A stretch of DNA of 55,789 bases, counting the filler, from Bipalium vagum (Eukaryota): assembly GCA_037834085.1 (NCBI GenBank). It is 3 parts of 3 records of this genome, joined end to end, with 100 filler letters (N's around TTAATTAATTAA, not from the genome) between each part and the next. Parts side by side here need not be neighbours in the genome. Positions count along the whole stretch, not along the records: positions 16,112 to 40,065 come from JBBMKC010204157.1; positions 40,166 to 55,789 come from JBBMKC010155168.1; 1 more part is not named here. One strand, given 5' to 3'. Below, in pieces: positions 39,401 through 52,232 of the stretch (position 1 is the stretch's first letter; every line of letters begins with the position of its first letter). A program made the position numbers and the translations under genes. The notes beneath the pieces are model-generated. The model did no database searches. It worked only from the letters and a program-made list of their open reading frames with translations, and had not been told where the DNA came from.

Positions 39401-39987
39401 TAATATTTAGATTATATTAAAGATAACTTTTCTGAAGTCCTATCTTTTCTTGGAACTAGCAAAACATTTTGAAAATAATTTTGTTCCAGGGCTGGATTAT
39501 ATATATTTTAAAATGATACCACTTTGGATACCTAAAAGATAAAATATAACTCTAGTCTATTGGTGAGGCAAACATGTCTTTGAATTAAGGCGGCTAGAAA
39601 TGAGACAAACATCATTCCAAAAATATGTATAAGGCAATGGTTGAAACGGAAGGTGATAATATTTTTGAATGCGATCAAAATTCTGGAGAGACGGTAGAAG
39701 ATTATGCTTTTAATCTTCATCCTGATAATGTAGAATATTCTCAAGCTGACATTGATTTACTATTTGCAGGAGATTTAAAGGACAGTGATTTTGAAGGATT
39801 TTAAGTTTTGGACACCTGTACTATTAAATATAATTTTTGAAATCGACACTTGGATTATATTTTGGGCTTTTCTTTAATTTCACGAATAATTTTTATTCAT
39901 CAAGTTATATTAGAAGTGTTATACAACAGTATCTATGATATTTTTAGAAATTTAATAAGTTATTGAATATTATTGATAGTGTTTGGT

Positions 39988-39988
<1 letters not shown>

Positions 39989-40032
<44 letters not shown>

Positions 40033-40033
40033 C

Positions 40034-40065
<32 letters not shown>

Positions 40066-40183
40066 NNNNNNNNNNNNNNNNNNNNNNNNNNNNNNNNNNN
40101 NNNNNNNNNTTAATTAATTAANNNNNNNNNNNNNNNNNNNNNNNNNNNNNNNNNNNNNNNNNNNNTAATAATAATAATAATAA
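39989..40183. repeat. (AAT)n microsatellite spanning an assembly linker
   Basis: AAT repeats on both sides of the N-linker at 40066-40165. Confidence 0.95.
40066..40165. other. Artificial scaffold linker N44-TTAATTAATTAA-N44
   Basis: Same 44+12+44 structure as 16012-16111. Confidence 0.95.
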
Positions 40184-40619
40184 TCAAAACAATTACTTTA
40201 GTTCCTTGTAGAACAACCTTCCATGCAATTTTAATTTATACATTTATCCTATTTCCACGTTCTGTACAAAGAAATTTTAAAAATATGAATTAATTATTTT
40301 TCAAAATGTTTATTCGTAATTTAAATAATGCCATTTCAAATGTTAACTTTATTTACCTAATATAAACAAAATTAGAAATTAAAATTAAAATAAATATTAT
40401 ACGTGTGTATAATATAACTTACGATTTGTAGTTAGTTAATTTTAAAGAAAGTTTCAAAAGTAACTTAACTTTTTCAGTAGGAAAATTAATTATAAAATGT
40501 TGGTTGAATAAATACTAAAAAAAACAATCTTTATCCAATTACGAAGAAATAACAAAAAAAAGTCGGAAATAAAAAACAAATAAAATTAATTGAAAATTTC
40601 TTCGAGCTTATAAAATTTT

Positions 40620-41790
40620 AAAAAGTGATATCGGGTTTCAACGAAAATCTTCCAGATTTTACATTTGGTTGATACTGGCAATCAACGTAACTACTCAGCT
40701 TAGGCAACATTTCCCTCAACTCTGAGATAACTCTTTCATTCCTCATTTATTCTAATGCATCGCTCTTCATAATTAAAGTGACTGGCACAAATGTACAATT
40801 CTTTTTCGCTACAGAAATGATTATAATTTCCTTACTTTAGCACGTGAAAGAGAAGAATTAGCATAGAATTATATTCCTGTTCTCAAATGATAAATTTCAC
40901 GTTAGGAAAATCTTCAACATAAAATTTTACTTAATAATAAATATTTTTGTTTATTCAAACTAATTTTGATTAAATTTTAAGGCGGCAAATGTTCTTTTGA
41001 CTGTTTAAATTCCCACTCAACTATTAATAGCAGATTCCTTCCAGTTGCATTAGTAGAGGGACGATGTTTTAAACCAGTGATCTCATGATTGATTACTGAA
41101 TTTAGATCGTTTATTTAACCTCATGATTGGTATTAACGCGTTTGAGGTTTCGTTGCTTCCAATATGTCTCCGCTTAGATATGACGTGATTAATGAAATTT
41201 TTTTTACAAGTGTATCTTCAGAATGATTTTGTCCATTTCATGAAAAGCCTTTTTCAGTGGACACTCGCATAGAGTCAGAGTACTGTTGGAAAATCAGTTA
41301 TTCTTAGGTATCCTTTAAGATAAATATCGTTATCTGACTTCATCCAATTACTCTAACAACAATTTGCATTAAGAATTTCAGTGCCGGTTGTACTAAATTT
41401 GATTATGTTTAAAATCTTAAACAGTAAAGATAATGTCAAAGAGAGTTTCAGCCTTGAGTCTAAATATATGGCTTTCTATGTTTTCGCAATTATTCTTACC
41501 AATGCACTGATTGCATTAATAATTATTCCAAATTCTCTTCTAATGATAATTGACTTCTTAACCCTCTTGGCTGTCTCCGCTGTCTCCAGCATTATAATGA
41601 CTGTTTTCATTTATAATATTTGGGTTGACATCAGTAAATAAAGCTCAAGAATTCTGGTACTGCTGACATAATTTCTTCTTTGGTCTCAAAGGCATATAAA
41701 AAATGGTTGTTTGAGGTATAAGAAAGACTTTAACTCTTAATCATATAATTCATTGGTACCATAGTATCACTATTGAATTCTTCCTCGGTC
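40620..41790 (-). mobile_element. Very decayed Gypsy-like gag-pol relic
   Basis: In order on the minus strand: degenerate Cys/His knuckle (CNQC..CENIESH), SQITI (protease-like), LLIVEWEFKQ and ANSSLSR (RNase H-like), YVDCQ (integrase zinc finger-like). Confidence 0.4.
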
Positions 41791-41799
41791 GATGCTTAA

Positions 41800-42420
41800 C
41801 AGAAAAAATATATAGTAAGCATAAAATGATGCTGTTCAGTATTTGAAATGATGTGCTGGTTGATAATTTCCTTCAAATAATGTGGGGCATTTAATGTGCC
41901 ATCAATAATAACTGCAACTGTTTTACTATTCCATTATATACCACATCATCACATAACACTTGATACAGCAATCTGCATATCTCTCAGTTTTCTGGTGCCT
42001 GACTCTCATTCGACCATCATTGAAATCCAGTGAAAATCGGGATTCATCTGTCCATAATATAGACTTCCATTTATTGCTATCCTAATTTATGTGTTCTCTT
42101 TCCCAGTTCAGATGTCTATTTTTGTGTATTAAACCCATTAGTATTCTCACAGCTGTATTATGTGATTCAAATTCTGCACTTACAGCCCTGTGTCTAACTG
42201 TCTTTATTGAAAATTCTATATTTTTATCTGTGATTCACTCTCTGTCAATAAGTGACATTGGTTTGAATTTGTTTCTTGTTATTTTTAGTACTAAATGAGC
42301 ATCCTGGCGCGAACTGGTTTTTCTTAGTCTGCTAGATCCATAATGTCCTTTTTCAAAATTTTGATCACCATTTTTGAATTGTTCTGGTTGATAATTTTAT
42401 TTTTCTGAAACATCACGAAC
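41800..42420 (-). mobile_element. Tc1-like (DD34E) transposase relic
   Basis: SIKTVRHR, KWKSILWTDESRFSLDFNDGRMRVR, VIIDGTLNAPHYLKEII. Confidence 0.85.
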
Positions 42421-42649
42421 TGTGAGTGAGGCTTCGAGCATCCACATAATCGGCCTTTATAAAACATCGATAGTTGTGCCACTGAAGACATGTAAAGGCT
42501 GATATAATAATTTTGCAAAATTACTTACTCTTTGCTAGTTGAAAATTAATAGGAGATACCCGAATTCGAACGTACAAAATTTTATTTATAAAACAAGTTT
42601 CTTCTTTCACGAACTTAATGATATGTACACAAAATTACGTCTATTATGT

Positions 42650-43142
42650 TGTGAGCTGACCTAAAAGCCAGAGGCTATAGCTGTAGGCCGACAAATATTG
42701 AGGCACTGTGGAAGAATTTGGAGGATCAGTGGGCAATGATTCCAACATCTAAAATTAAAAATCTATATGAAAGCATGTCAAGAAGAATGCAAGAGGTCAT
42801 TAAAAATAAAGGCATGAGTACAAAGTACTGAATTCGAGTATCGCGATTGTTCATGAGGTTTAATTTTTTTTGTTATGTGTTTGATCATTTGAAATGTAAA
42901 TAAAAGATATTTTACTGACCTTTTAGTCTTGTATTCAAAATGACTTAAAAATTGATGTTTCTGAACAAAACGGTTTTTTACATTTATAAAAATTTTACTT
43001 TGGGAATTTTTGATTGGAAACATGAACTTCAACATATTCTATCATATATTTAAATATAGACATGATTAAAGTACTTATAATTATATATTTTCATCATTTT
43101 ATCGAAATTTTAGAGGTGGCCCAAAACATATGGACGGCATTG
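42650..43142 (+). mobile_element. Tc1-like 3' end with terminal inverted repeat
   Basis: PTNIEALWKNLEDQWAMIPTSKIKNLYESMSRRMQEVIKNKGMSTKY*, then terminal GGTGGCCCAAAACATATGGACGGCATTG|TA. Confidence 0.85.
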
Positions 43143-46100
43143 TACATAAATATATAAATGTATAATATAAATCTGAGTTTGATATAAGCGTAATGAATTA
43201 AAGTTGAGTGTTTGACAAACCAAGCACTCAAAGTAAAATACAAATTGAATGATAAATGGATCATGATAAAGATTGCAGTAGATGCCATATTATTTTAAAG
43301 GGTCGCATTTCTGAAAGATCCAGAATGAAACACCAAATGGAACATAACATGAGCAAAAACATCAGGAATTCTAGGAATCATCAGTTTTTAAAGTACAGGT
43401 GCTATCGAGGTTCCAAAAGACATGTTGGATTAATTAGTCTGTTAGAGTTTAAAATTAATCTAAATTAATTAAATAATTTTCCATTTGATACATTCGATAA
43501 CTCTACAAACACATGTAGGCAAGAACCATTGAGAACTCTTTTCTTAAAACTTAAAATAATAACTTTTTGTGATAAATTTATTGTCAATATTAGAATTTTA
43601 AATAAGGGTACAAATCCGATTAAGATCAAGAAAATTACAATTAAAATTTTAGACTTATTAATTAAATTATATATATATTATCTGTTATTATATTATTTGT
43701 TTTATTATTAAATAAATAATTATAGTTCTTCAAATAAGAATATCAATATATAAAATTTTCGCAATTTTTATTATTTTTAATTTTTTAAATTGAAAAATCA
43801 ATTTATATTTTACTTTAATTAATAATACTAATCATATCCTGTTTGTTTATAAAATTCGTTTTACATAATTGCTTATTAAATATTTTCAAATAGGTAATCT
43901 GTATTGATAATTTCATTAAGGGCTGAATAATATTTTATTAAAGGTTAGTATCCTTTTTTAATTGATAATGTAAGATGCCATTAAATCTCTTTATAACATA
44001 AATGGATGATTTATTTGTTTTGTATATATCAGTGTACACAATTAAAAAATATTACTCTGACAAGACAATAGAGCAGAATAAGTATTTTAAGTTGAGTTAA
44101 TTACAAAATTTAATATTTAATAGTTGTAAAAGAAATACTTGTTGATATAAAAACTGGAAAGAAAATTGTAAATAATAAGTTAACATTTAAATTTAGATTA
44201 AGTGTTGGAAATCATTTTGATGCAAAGTTTTAATTCTCAATCGTTTCTCTTTGTTTGAAAACTTGAACTAATTTTGAAAATATTCTCATTTATCTTTTAC
44301 ATCCTTAATTAGATTGTGTCCTGTTGATTAAAAATTGTTTTTCTGTTGAATTTTACAAACAACAGCTTTATTTATTGTCAATGAAGAATTTGAAAATAAT
44401 TTTTCAAATAATTAATTTAAAATAATGTTCTATTGATTTCTTCTTAATCGACTGGTGTGTTAAATCGTTTTATTTATGGTCTGTACACCCATTTTTTAAA
44501 TCATAGAAGTGAAAGTACTACTTTTTTATTGATATTATTATTATCATTGATTACTATAATTAATCTGTTGTTTTTGTTTATTACATTTATATTGTAATGA
44601 TTTAAAAATCAATTGAGAACAATTGTTAATTGAGTTATTGATTTTCTAAAATTTAAATCAAATTCATTAAAAGAGAAAGAAACGAAGGAGATCATAAATG
44701 TTTTAAAATATTTTACTAACAGTGAAAATAAATTAAATTAAACTCGTTTCAAAATCTTATTTCGACAAGTTTAGCTATCAAAATCAATTTAACCGATCTC
44801 ATTCATCTATCAAAAATTCTGATACGATACGAAAAATTCCTTTTCCTAATTACACGTTCGATTTCTATTAGTCAGTAGACATTTGGTTTAAGTGATTCGA
44901 GGCGTCTGTATTTTCACGAATTTTGGTACTGCCTGAAATCGAAAGATAATGAAAACATGATCGTTTTTCTGATATGGCATAGTCGTTATCCTTCACATTT
45001 CGACATAATTTCAGACTGATATAAATATGTATTCATAGAAATTAATTTTGTTATTTTCTAAACATTAACATCTCGTTTACAGATTTATTTATTCTATTAT
45101 TTTGAAAACGATGTGCAAATTTTTGTCAACAATTTTAAAGTTCAACACTGAAAACGGGCTGAGTAGGATGTTAGAAATCTATTAAAAATCAAGTTTTAAG
45201 AAATGATATTGTAATTATCAAATAATAATAATTATAAAATAATTATAAAACTAATATTTCAATTAATTGAGAATCGATAAGTAAAGTTATTGAAATAAGT
45301 TAATATATTAAAAATATCGATATTTAAACTGAAAATTAACTGAAAATCAATAATTAAAAAACATTTAAATAAAAATAATATGAATATTACTTTAAATTTT
45401 ATTTTTAATTTATTGAATTTTATTAAACTCTTGTCAATAAAATCTTGTGATTTGATTTTTAGTATATTTTAGATATTGATTTTTAATTTTTCTTTGATTC
45501 ATATTTTGTTGAATTCAAATACACATATTTTGAAAGATTCTTTTTAATAATATATATAATTAATTAAAAAATTACAGAATACATTTTAATGATTAAAAGA
45601 AAATCGATTTTAATCCTATGAACTATTTTTGGCTCAAAAAACTAATGTTTGAAATTTTAATAAAGACAACAAATTTCTTTCCTTTGATTTATTTTAATAA
45701 ATAAAATTTAAAGTTTTAATTATGAATAGTAAAATTAATCAAATATGTTTTTAAAATTTAGTTATTGAACAAATCAATATTGATTATTGAGTAAAATCTA
45801 AATAATTTTTCACTTTAAGAATATTTTCTAATCAATAACATTTTAGTAACTTTGGTATTTGATATTTTTTATTTTATCAAAAATTTAAAAATTTTGGTTA
45901 TAATTTTTTGTTTGTAATTTTTAATTAGTTTTAGGAAAATTGGGGAGGAAATGTGTCTTATTTGCTGACCAAGAAAACAGTATTATAACATAGCTATATG
46001 AAACGTTTTGAAAATAATTTAAAATCAATAAAACAGAAATACTAAGAAATCAATTATTTTGTTCAATACACTGTTTTTAAAATAATCTGGTATTAATGAT

Positions 46101-49026
46101 TTTTAAAAAGCTATTGATTTTCTGGAATCATTTTTTTATTTATATTAACCTTAAAAATGAAATATCAAATCAATTCAATGTTAAATTTAATTGTTTTGTT
46201 ATATTTATCTGAAATCTCATTAGTTGATTTATTCTTTTGCTTTCATTATTATGTACATCGATCGGATGTTTACTGATGATTACTGTAAGGTAGTTGTTAA
46301 TTTCTTAATGAAGGTAATTTCAGTAATAAGATTTTTTAGTTCAATCTATTCGATTTTTAAAAAGAATTGTGAGATATATCGATTTTGTGTCAAAATTCCG
46401 TGTACTATAAATTTCATTTTCGCCAAATTTTAGCTGTCCTGCACATTTGTGATAACTTTATTCAATGAACTTTATTATCATGACATATTTCATTTTCCAA
46501 ACAATCATTTTATTTTCAACTAATTTTTTTTTGAAATACTTTCGGTCGCCATCCATTTTTTCCTTTATTTTAATAAATATTTTCAGTTTTTTATCTCATA
46601 TTTGTATTGATTTTTCTCTGAAAATTATATCAATTTTATTTTTTATTTGAATATGAAAATCTTTAAGTTCATTTTTATATATTAGGTTTTATTTTTTATC
46701 TCAAGCTAAATAAACCAATTTACACCTTACAACTTATTTTCCTTTTGAAAATTTTCATTTCCTTTGCTAATAGACCTTTTTTGTATGCAAACATCACTAG
46801 TTTCAAAAAAGATTACAAGATAAATGCCAAACACAGTCGATTGTTTCTTTTAAGGTTCTGGAAAATTGAGAGGCAATGTCTCTCGGAACTCATCAAGAAC
46901 ATTTGTCATAGACAAAAAGTGCTGAAAGCAGTCTGACTAAATGATGATGTTCCAATTCAAGACTCCATCATACCATCCTACGCACAGGGCAACAGCACGG
47001 TGTCATAAGTCAGTCAGTCATATAATGTCCATTGCGGGTCATAATATTATTGACAAATTATATTATTGACAATTAATTTATTAGTGTCTCTCATTTTCAT
47101 AGTCATTATCATCATCAGTTCCAAAGGTCTTAAATTTCGATGATTAAAATCACTGCTGTACACATTTACGAAAATCGATTCAGTTTTGATCTTGAGCCCT
47201 TTACGGCATTGATATGCTATTTATGTAGGATTTATTCGATAGTTGGGAAACCAATAAAATGATTGGGAAAGAAAACAAATGCAATTTGAGATTTGTAATT
47301 TATATAAAATTTCGTTGAATACATTTATCTTTCTGCTCTCAAATTTGGTCGATCGATTAATAAAAGCACAATTTGTGTTAAAAGGAGTGTAATTGCACCA
47401 GGAATTTTAAATTTTAAAATAATTAAATCATCTCGAATGATTTTAGTAAATTATAAATAATTTATTTTCAAATTTTATTTAAAACTCAAATTTCAAATGC
47501 TTTCCTATTTAAAAAATTATTAATTTAGATTTATTCAAATGATTTTTAGTAATTCAATGTCGAATTTTATGATTAAGTCAGTTATAAAACGCCAATATCA
47601 CATAAAGTACCCGGTGTTGAAAACTCTACTGACAGTTCACGTATTTACAGATGTTTTTAAATAACAGTTTTCGCCTATTTATGTTACACAAAATACTCAA
47701 CAGTATCAGTAGGTTTTATTGATAAATTTAATTTCGTTATGAAATGGATAAGTAGTATGCTTTTGCAAAGTGAAAAGGATTTTGAGTTTACTGATCAATA
47801 TTTACCATTAATTAATATATTGAGTGAAAAAGACTTTCTTGTTCTTACACTTAATACACATTAATTAATCAGTTAATAATAGTTTAAAATCAGATACTCA
47901 GAAGTTTTACAAATTGTCTTTTTATTCTGATATTTACAATGAAATCGATTGAAATGGCAATAGAGTACTAAATAGAAAGTTATTCTGTGACTTATGGTTT
48001 TTAGTATCAACAATTATTAGTGAAAAACGGAAGAATACTTTTAAAAATCATTGGTGGAGAGAAGATAAAATTTTTTTGAGGTTATGGGTCCCTTCGTTTT
48101 AAATGTTTGTGATTTTTTTAAAAAAAGAGAATATTTTATACAATATAAATTTAAATAATTATAACATTCTGAATTCTGAGGAAGATCAATGATAAATATA
48201 CGAAAAAGAAAATCACAGAAAATAGATTTTTCTAATTTGGTATTGAAAAGATATGTATAAAATAAAAATTATTATTTCTAAATATTTTTAGAATTATTTT
48301 CATTTTGTTTAAAAAATTCTTTATTTTAAAATTTATTTTTTCACTCTATGTTAACTTCCAATGAAAGCTAATGAAATACCGAGAAATTTAATTAGAAATG
48401 ATTGATAAAATACATATTAGCAAATATTTATTCCAATTAATTGTGAAAGATTTAATAAAAATACATTATTGACATTTTGATATATTTTATTTGGAAATGA
48501 GGAGATTGTTGGGTTCTGGTTTTGATAACCTTTAACACTTTGAAAAAGAAATAATAAAGTTATGAAGAATAAGTGAAAATTAAACTTTAGTTTGAAAGAA
48601 ATGAACGTTTCTTCGTTTTCTAAAACTTATATATTGATTTAAGTAATAGAAATTTCTTCGAAAAAAGAATTATTATCCACAACATAAAATTGAGATATTT
48701 TTATAAAATATATTTATAATAATAATACAATAATAATAAAAATAAATGTTGAATAAATTAATATCTGTCACCAGCAATGAAAATGAATAATCAATGAATA
48801 TGAAAACAAATCAAGTATAACAATCAGCAATAAATATAAAACATATAAATTATCACAAATAGTTAATCGAAATGTGATTAATAATATAAATATCAATGAA
48901 TAGAAGGCTCATTGTTTTGCTGACGATGAGTATTCGGGTCGTTAGTTAAATCAGAATCGCATAGGTGCCATCGTGAAATCCTGTCGCACAACAAACATGA
49001 AAGAAAATCATAAATATTCTCCAGAA

Positions 49027-49160
49027 ATTTCTTTTTGAAAATCTATTCTGACACAACCGAATTCCTATAAAACGCAATTTCTTTTGAAAATATTTTCTGA
49101 CGCAACGAATTTCTATAATACAACGTATTCTTTAACATTTAAACACAACTGAATTTCTGG
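49027..49160. repeat. About 50-bp imperfect tandem repeat (2-3 copies)
   Basis: ATTTCTTTT(T)GAAAAT..TTCTGAC(A/G)CAAC(C)GAATT(C/T)CTATAA repeated; partial third copy ACACAACTGAATTTCT. Confidence 0.8.
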
Positions 49161-51873
49161 ACAGTCCATTGATAATACAATGCCTTTTATATTGATCAGA
49201 CGAATGCCATTCTTATCTGGGAACGTCCATTTCCATTTTAGGCGTATAATCAATGTATAACCAGCCAACTATGCGTATAATACTAAATCGGTCCCTAATT
49301 GTGTACCTGATCTAATCTTGGCAATTTGACATTATCTAAATTTGGCGATCAAAAATAAAGAAAATTATTTTATTATTATTATAACCATCTAGACCCTTTA
49401 GTGGTATTTATAATTTGAAGGGATGTGCATTTGGCCCACCCAAGAATTTTATATATTAAGGCACATAAAAATTTAAAAACTTGTACAATCTGCTTAAGTA
49501 TATTCCCAATTTTAAATTGTCAGAAAAGGAAAAAACAAAGAATTATATAAAAGAACGTTCGAGTGTCTTTATATTATCTATTTTTTATTTAATTAAAATC
49601 AACTATAATTGAAAACTTAACACAGAAGTGAGTTTTTGTAATGCGCTGAAAAAATAATCAAATTATCTAGGAAAATAATTAAAGTTATTTAAAAAAACGT
49701 TAAGAAATGTGTTTAAAAAATTAAAATTTAAGTTACACACGCAAAACAATATTATATTTTATAAAATATAAAGTATGAATAATATTTATATCTGCTTCGG
49801 TATTTTACCAAAAAAATTAAAAACTGCAATAATATCAATTCATGGTTTTGTCCAAATCACTCGCCTCGGTCAAATATGGCCAATAATTAAGTCGTTTCTT
49901 AAATTATGCAATTTGATTAATTTCAACTTATTTATATCGTGATTTTTCCTATACCTCAATAAATACCTGAGGGAAATAAGTTTCACAAAAAATTTACAAT
50001 ATCAATTTTCTTAAACTAGCTTCTGAAATTAAAGGGTTTTCCACAACAATTTGATAGCCTTAAATTTTTCTACTCAATTTAACATTTCACCTTTCATAAA
50101 AACAAACCTTTTTTCAATCTTTCATTTCATTTGTTCATGAAAATAACAATTATTATAATATTGACTGTAACGCTAAAGACCTTTTGCACAAAAGCCAAAA
50201 GTAAATTAATAAATTTAAGTGAAACTTGTAAGTGAGGATTCAATTGCGACCACTCGCGAACGTTCTTGTGTACTATATAAAATAATGAATGTCATATTTT
50301 AAAAGAACATGTCAGACAGATTTGTTGCAATTAAGAAAAACATTTGGATCCTTTTCTAAAAAATTGTCTTTTCATAACCATAGTTCTAACGCCGTGATGT
50401 CATAATTGAGTCTGAACGCCCACTAAAACTGAAATCTGATGTTCATTTCCAAACTAAAGTTTAAAACCAAACCAAATTAAAAAGACCATACCAAAAGATA
50501 TTTTGATGACATTGTTTTTTTAAAATCAAATCAACACTCTTGTTTCTTGAGCAATTAGATTCAAAGTTCGCTTAAACGATACGTTTTATAGCAAAGAAAT
50601 CAGTTTTAATTAAGACATGGAAAATGATTATTTGAAAACCACTGAATTTTAAAGATAATTTGCTGATTAATAAAAAGTATTCTCTATTTCCAGTTTCTAA
50701 AATTTCCATGTCCAAGCAATAAAATTCAAATTTCTTGTGGAAATCTCTTTAAAAATTCGTAGAATCATTTTAAGTTGTAAGAAAATCGATATTATCTTCC
50801 AAAACAAATAACTCGATCCCAATATTCTGTTTTTCCTTGGAGTTTTACACTATAAAACGTAATTATTTGAAACTAGATTTCTTGGAAAGACAACAAATTC
50901 CGACGGTTATTAGCATAATAATTAAAGTCGGGATTTTGCATGATATCTAAATGAATCGTTTGTCCATATGATGATAATTCTTGTTTCGTTTATTTTCTCC
51001 ACTGGAGTCACGTTCATGCTCACGACTTTTGGAACGAGAAAATAAGCTATCATAATATTAATAATTAAAGAAAACTTGAAAACTTTTAAAGATAAATAAT
51101 CAACATAAGGGCTATCTGATACTAAATATTGAGAACCTTTTCATTTTTGAAAGATAAAAATAATTGGATTGGTTTAACACAGAAAATTTTAATGTAACAT
51201 GGACTTTGTCCAAGCAAATTCGTTTTAAATTCAACTTTGCCATTAATCTTCAATTATTTCATGATGAAAGTTGAAATCTTTTTCAAGATAACAATAAAGT
51301 ACAAAGCTGTAGACGACATAACAAAACATATGCAGTGAAACATTGTCTTAATAATTGATATTTATAATTTTGTTACCTTCACCCGTGCTTGTTACACGAT
51401 GAGCTTAAATATAGACTGAGATTGTATCGTCACGAAGCCAGCGAGAAAGGAAGAGCTACAAAATACAAATGCATTGCAGACGCTGCAAATACACGGCTAA
51501 TTACTGACACACCGCTCCACCGACCATGTGTCAAGCATTCGCATACATTTAGCAGACGGACACATACCTGCACGTAACACTGTTTACACACAAACAAGGC
51601 GTGGTCTGATTCGCTGACGAATCGTGTTGAACATTGAATTTGGGGGTACAATGCCATTTTATCAGTGTTGTTTTTCAATGCTTGCAAATCTCATAGAGCT
51701 TGGTGGCATACAAAAACATCTTGACAGACTTGTTGTCATTGTTAATATTATTATCCATCATCCACAAGACCAATCACTTATTTTCGGAAAGTGATACTGA
51801 TATACGCGTTTTAGTGTGATCCATTTCTGATTGAATACCAGTATATTATGATTGATTAGTTGTCCTTCTTTGA

Positions 51874-52232
51874 ATGCCTCATCATAAATCTTGGTGGAAT
51901 ACCCTTAATTGTTGTTCCAGTTCTCATAATAAGCCTCGTTTAGATAATATGGCCGAATTCCAGTTGCATAATATTGCCCATTCCGATTGGAAGGTGCCTA
52001 CCCGATATGAAAATCTTAATCCTATCGGACATGGAGCGTATGGATCAGTTTGGTAGGAATTTGTTCTTTTGTTTCATGGTCGTTTTCAATTGACAGACAC
52101 AGCTCGGCCTATGATCGCCATTTGAATCGACAAGTTGCAATCAAAAAGTTGGCCAGACCTTTTCATTCGCCGGAATATGCAAAACGAACGTACAGAGAAT
52201 TGAAAATCATCCACCACATGGATCATGAAAAT
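51874..52232 (+). CDS. p38: p38 MAP kinase (MAPK14-like), coding exons 1-2 only; gene continues past the window
   Basis: Exon 1 51874 (or 51949)-52052: [22 protein letters not shown]; 50-nt GT-AG intron 52053-52102; exon 2 52103-52232: SAYDRHLNRQVAIKKLARPFHSPEYAKRTYRELKIIHHMDHEN, then donor GTGAGT. AKRTYREL and GAYGSVC are p38 signatures. No exon 3 (VIGLLDVF-like) was found before the window end. Confidence 0.93.

Noticed and set aside
41381-42298. Hydrophobic plus-strand ORFs resembling membrane proteins
   Set aside because: Antisense shadows of minus-strand TE relics; AT-rich codons give spurious F/I/L-rich peptides.
43256-43468. 70-aa ORF MDHDKDCSRCH... as a zinc-finger microprotein
   Set aside because: Incomplete ligand pattern, no splice or homology support; could be TE debris.
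22245-49160. Tandem repeats considered as CRISPR-like arrays
   Set aside because: No unique spacers between repeats, no cas genes, and a eukaryotic context.
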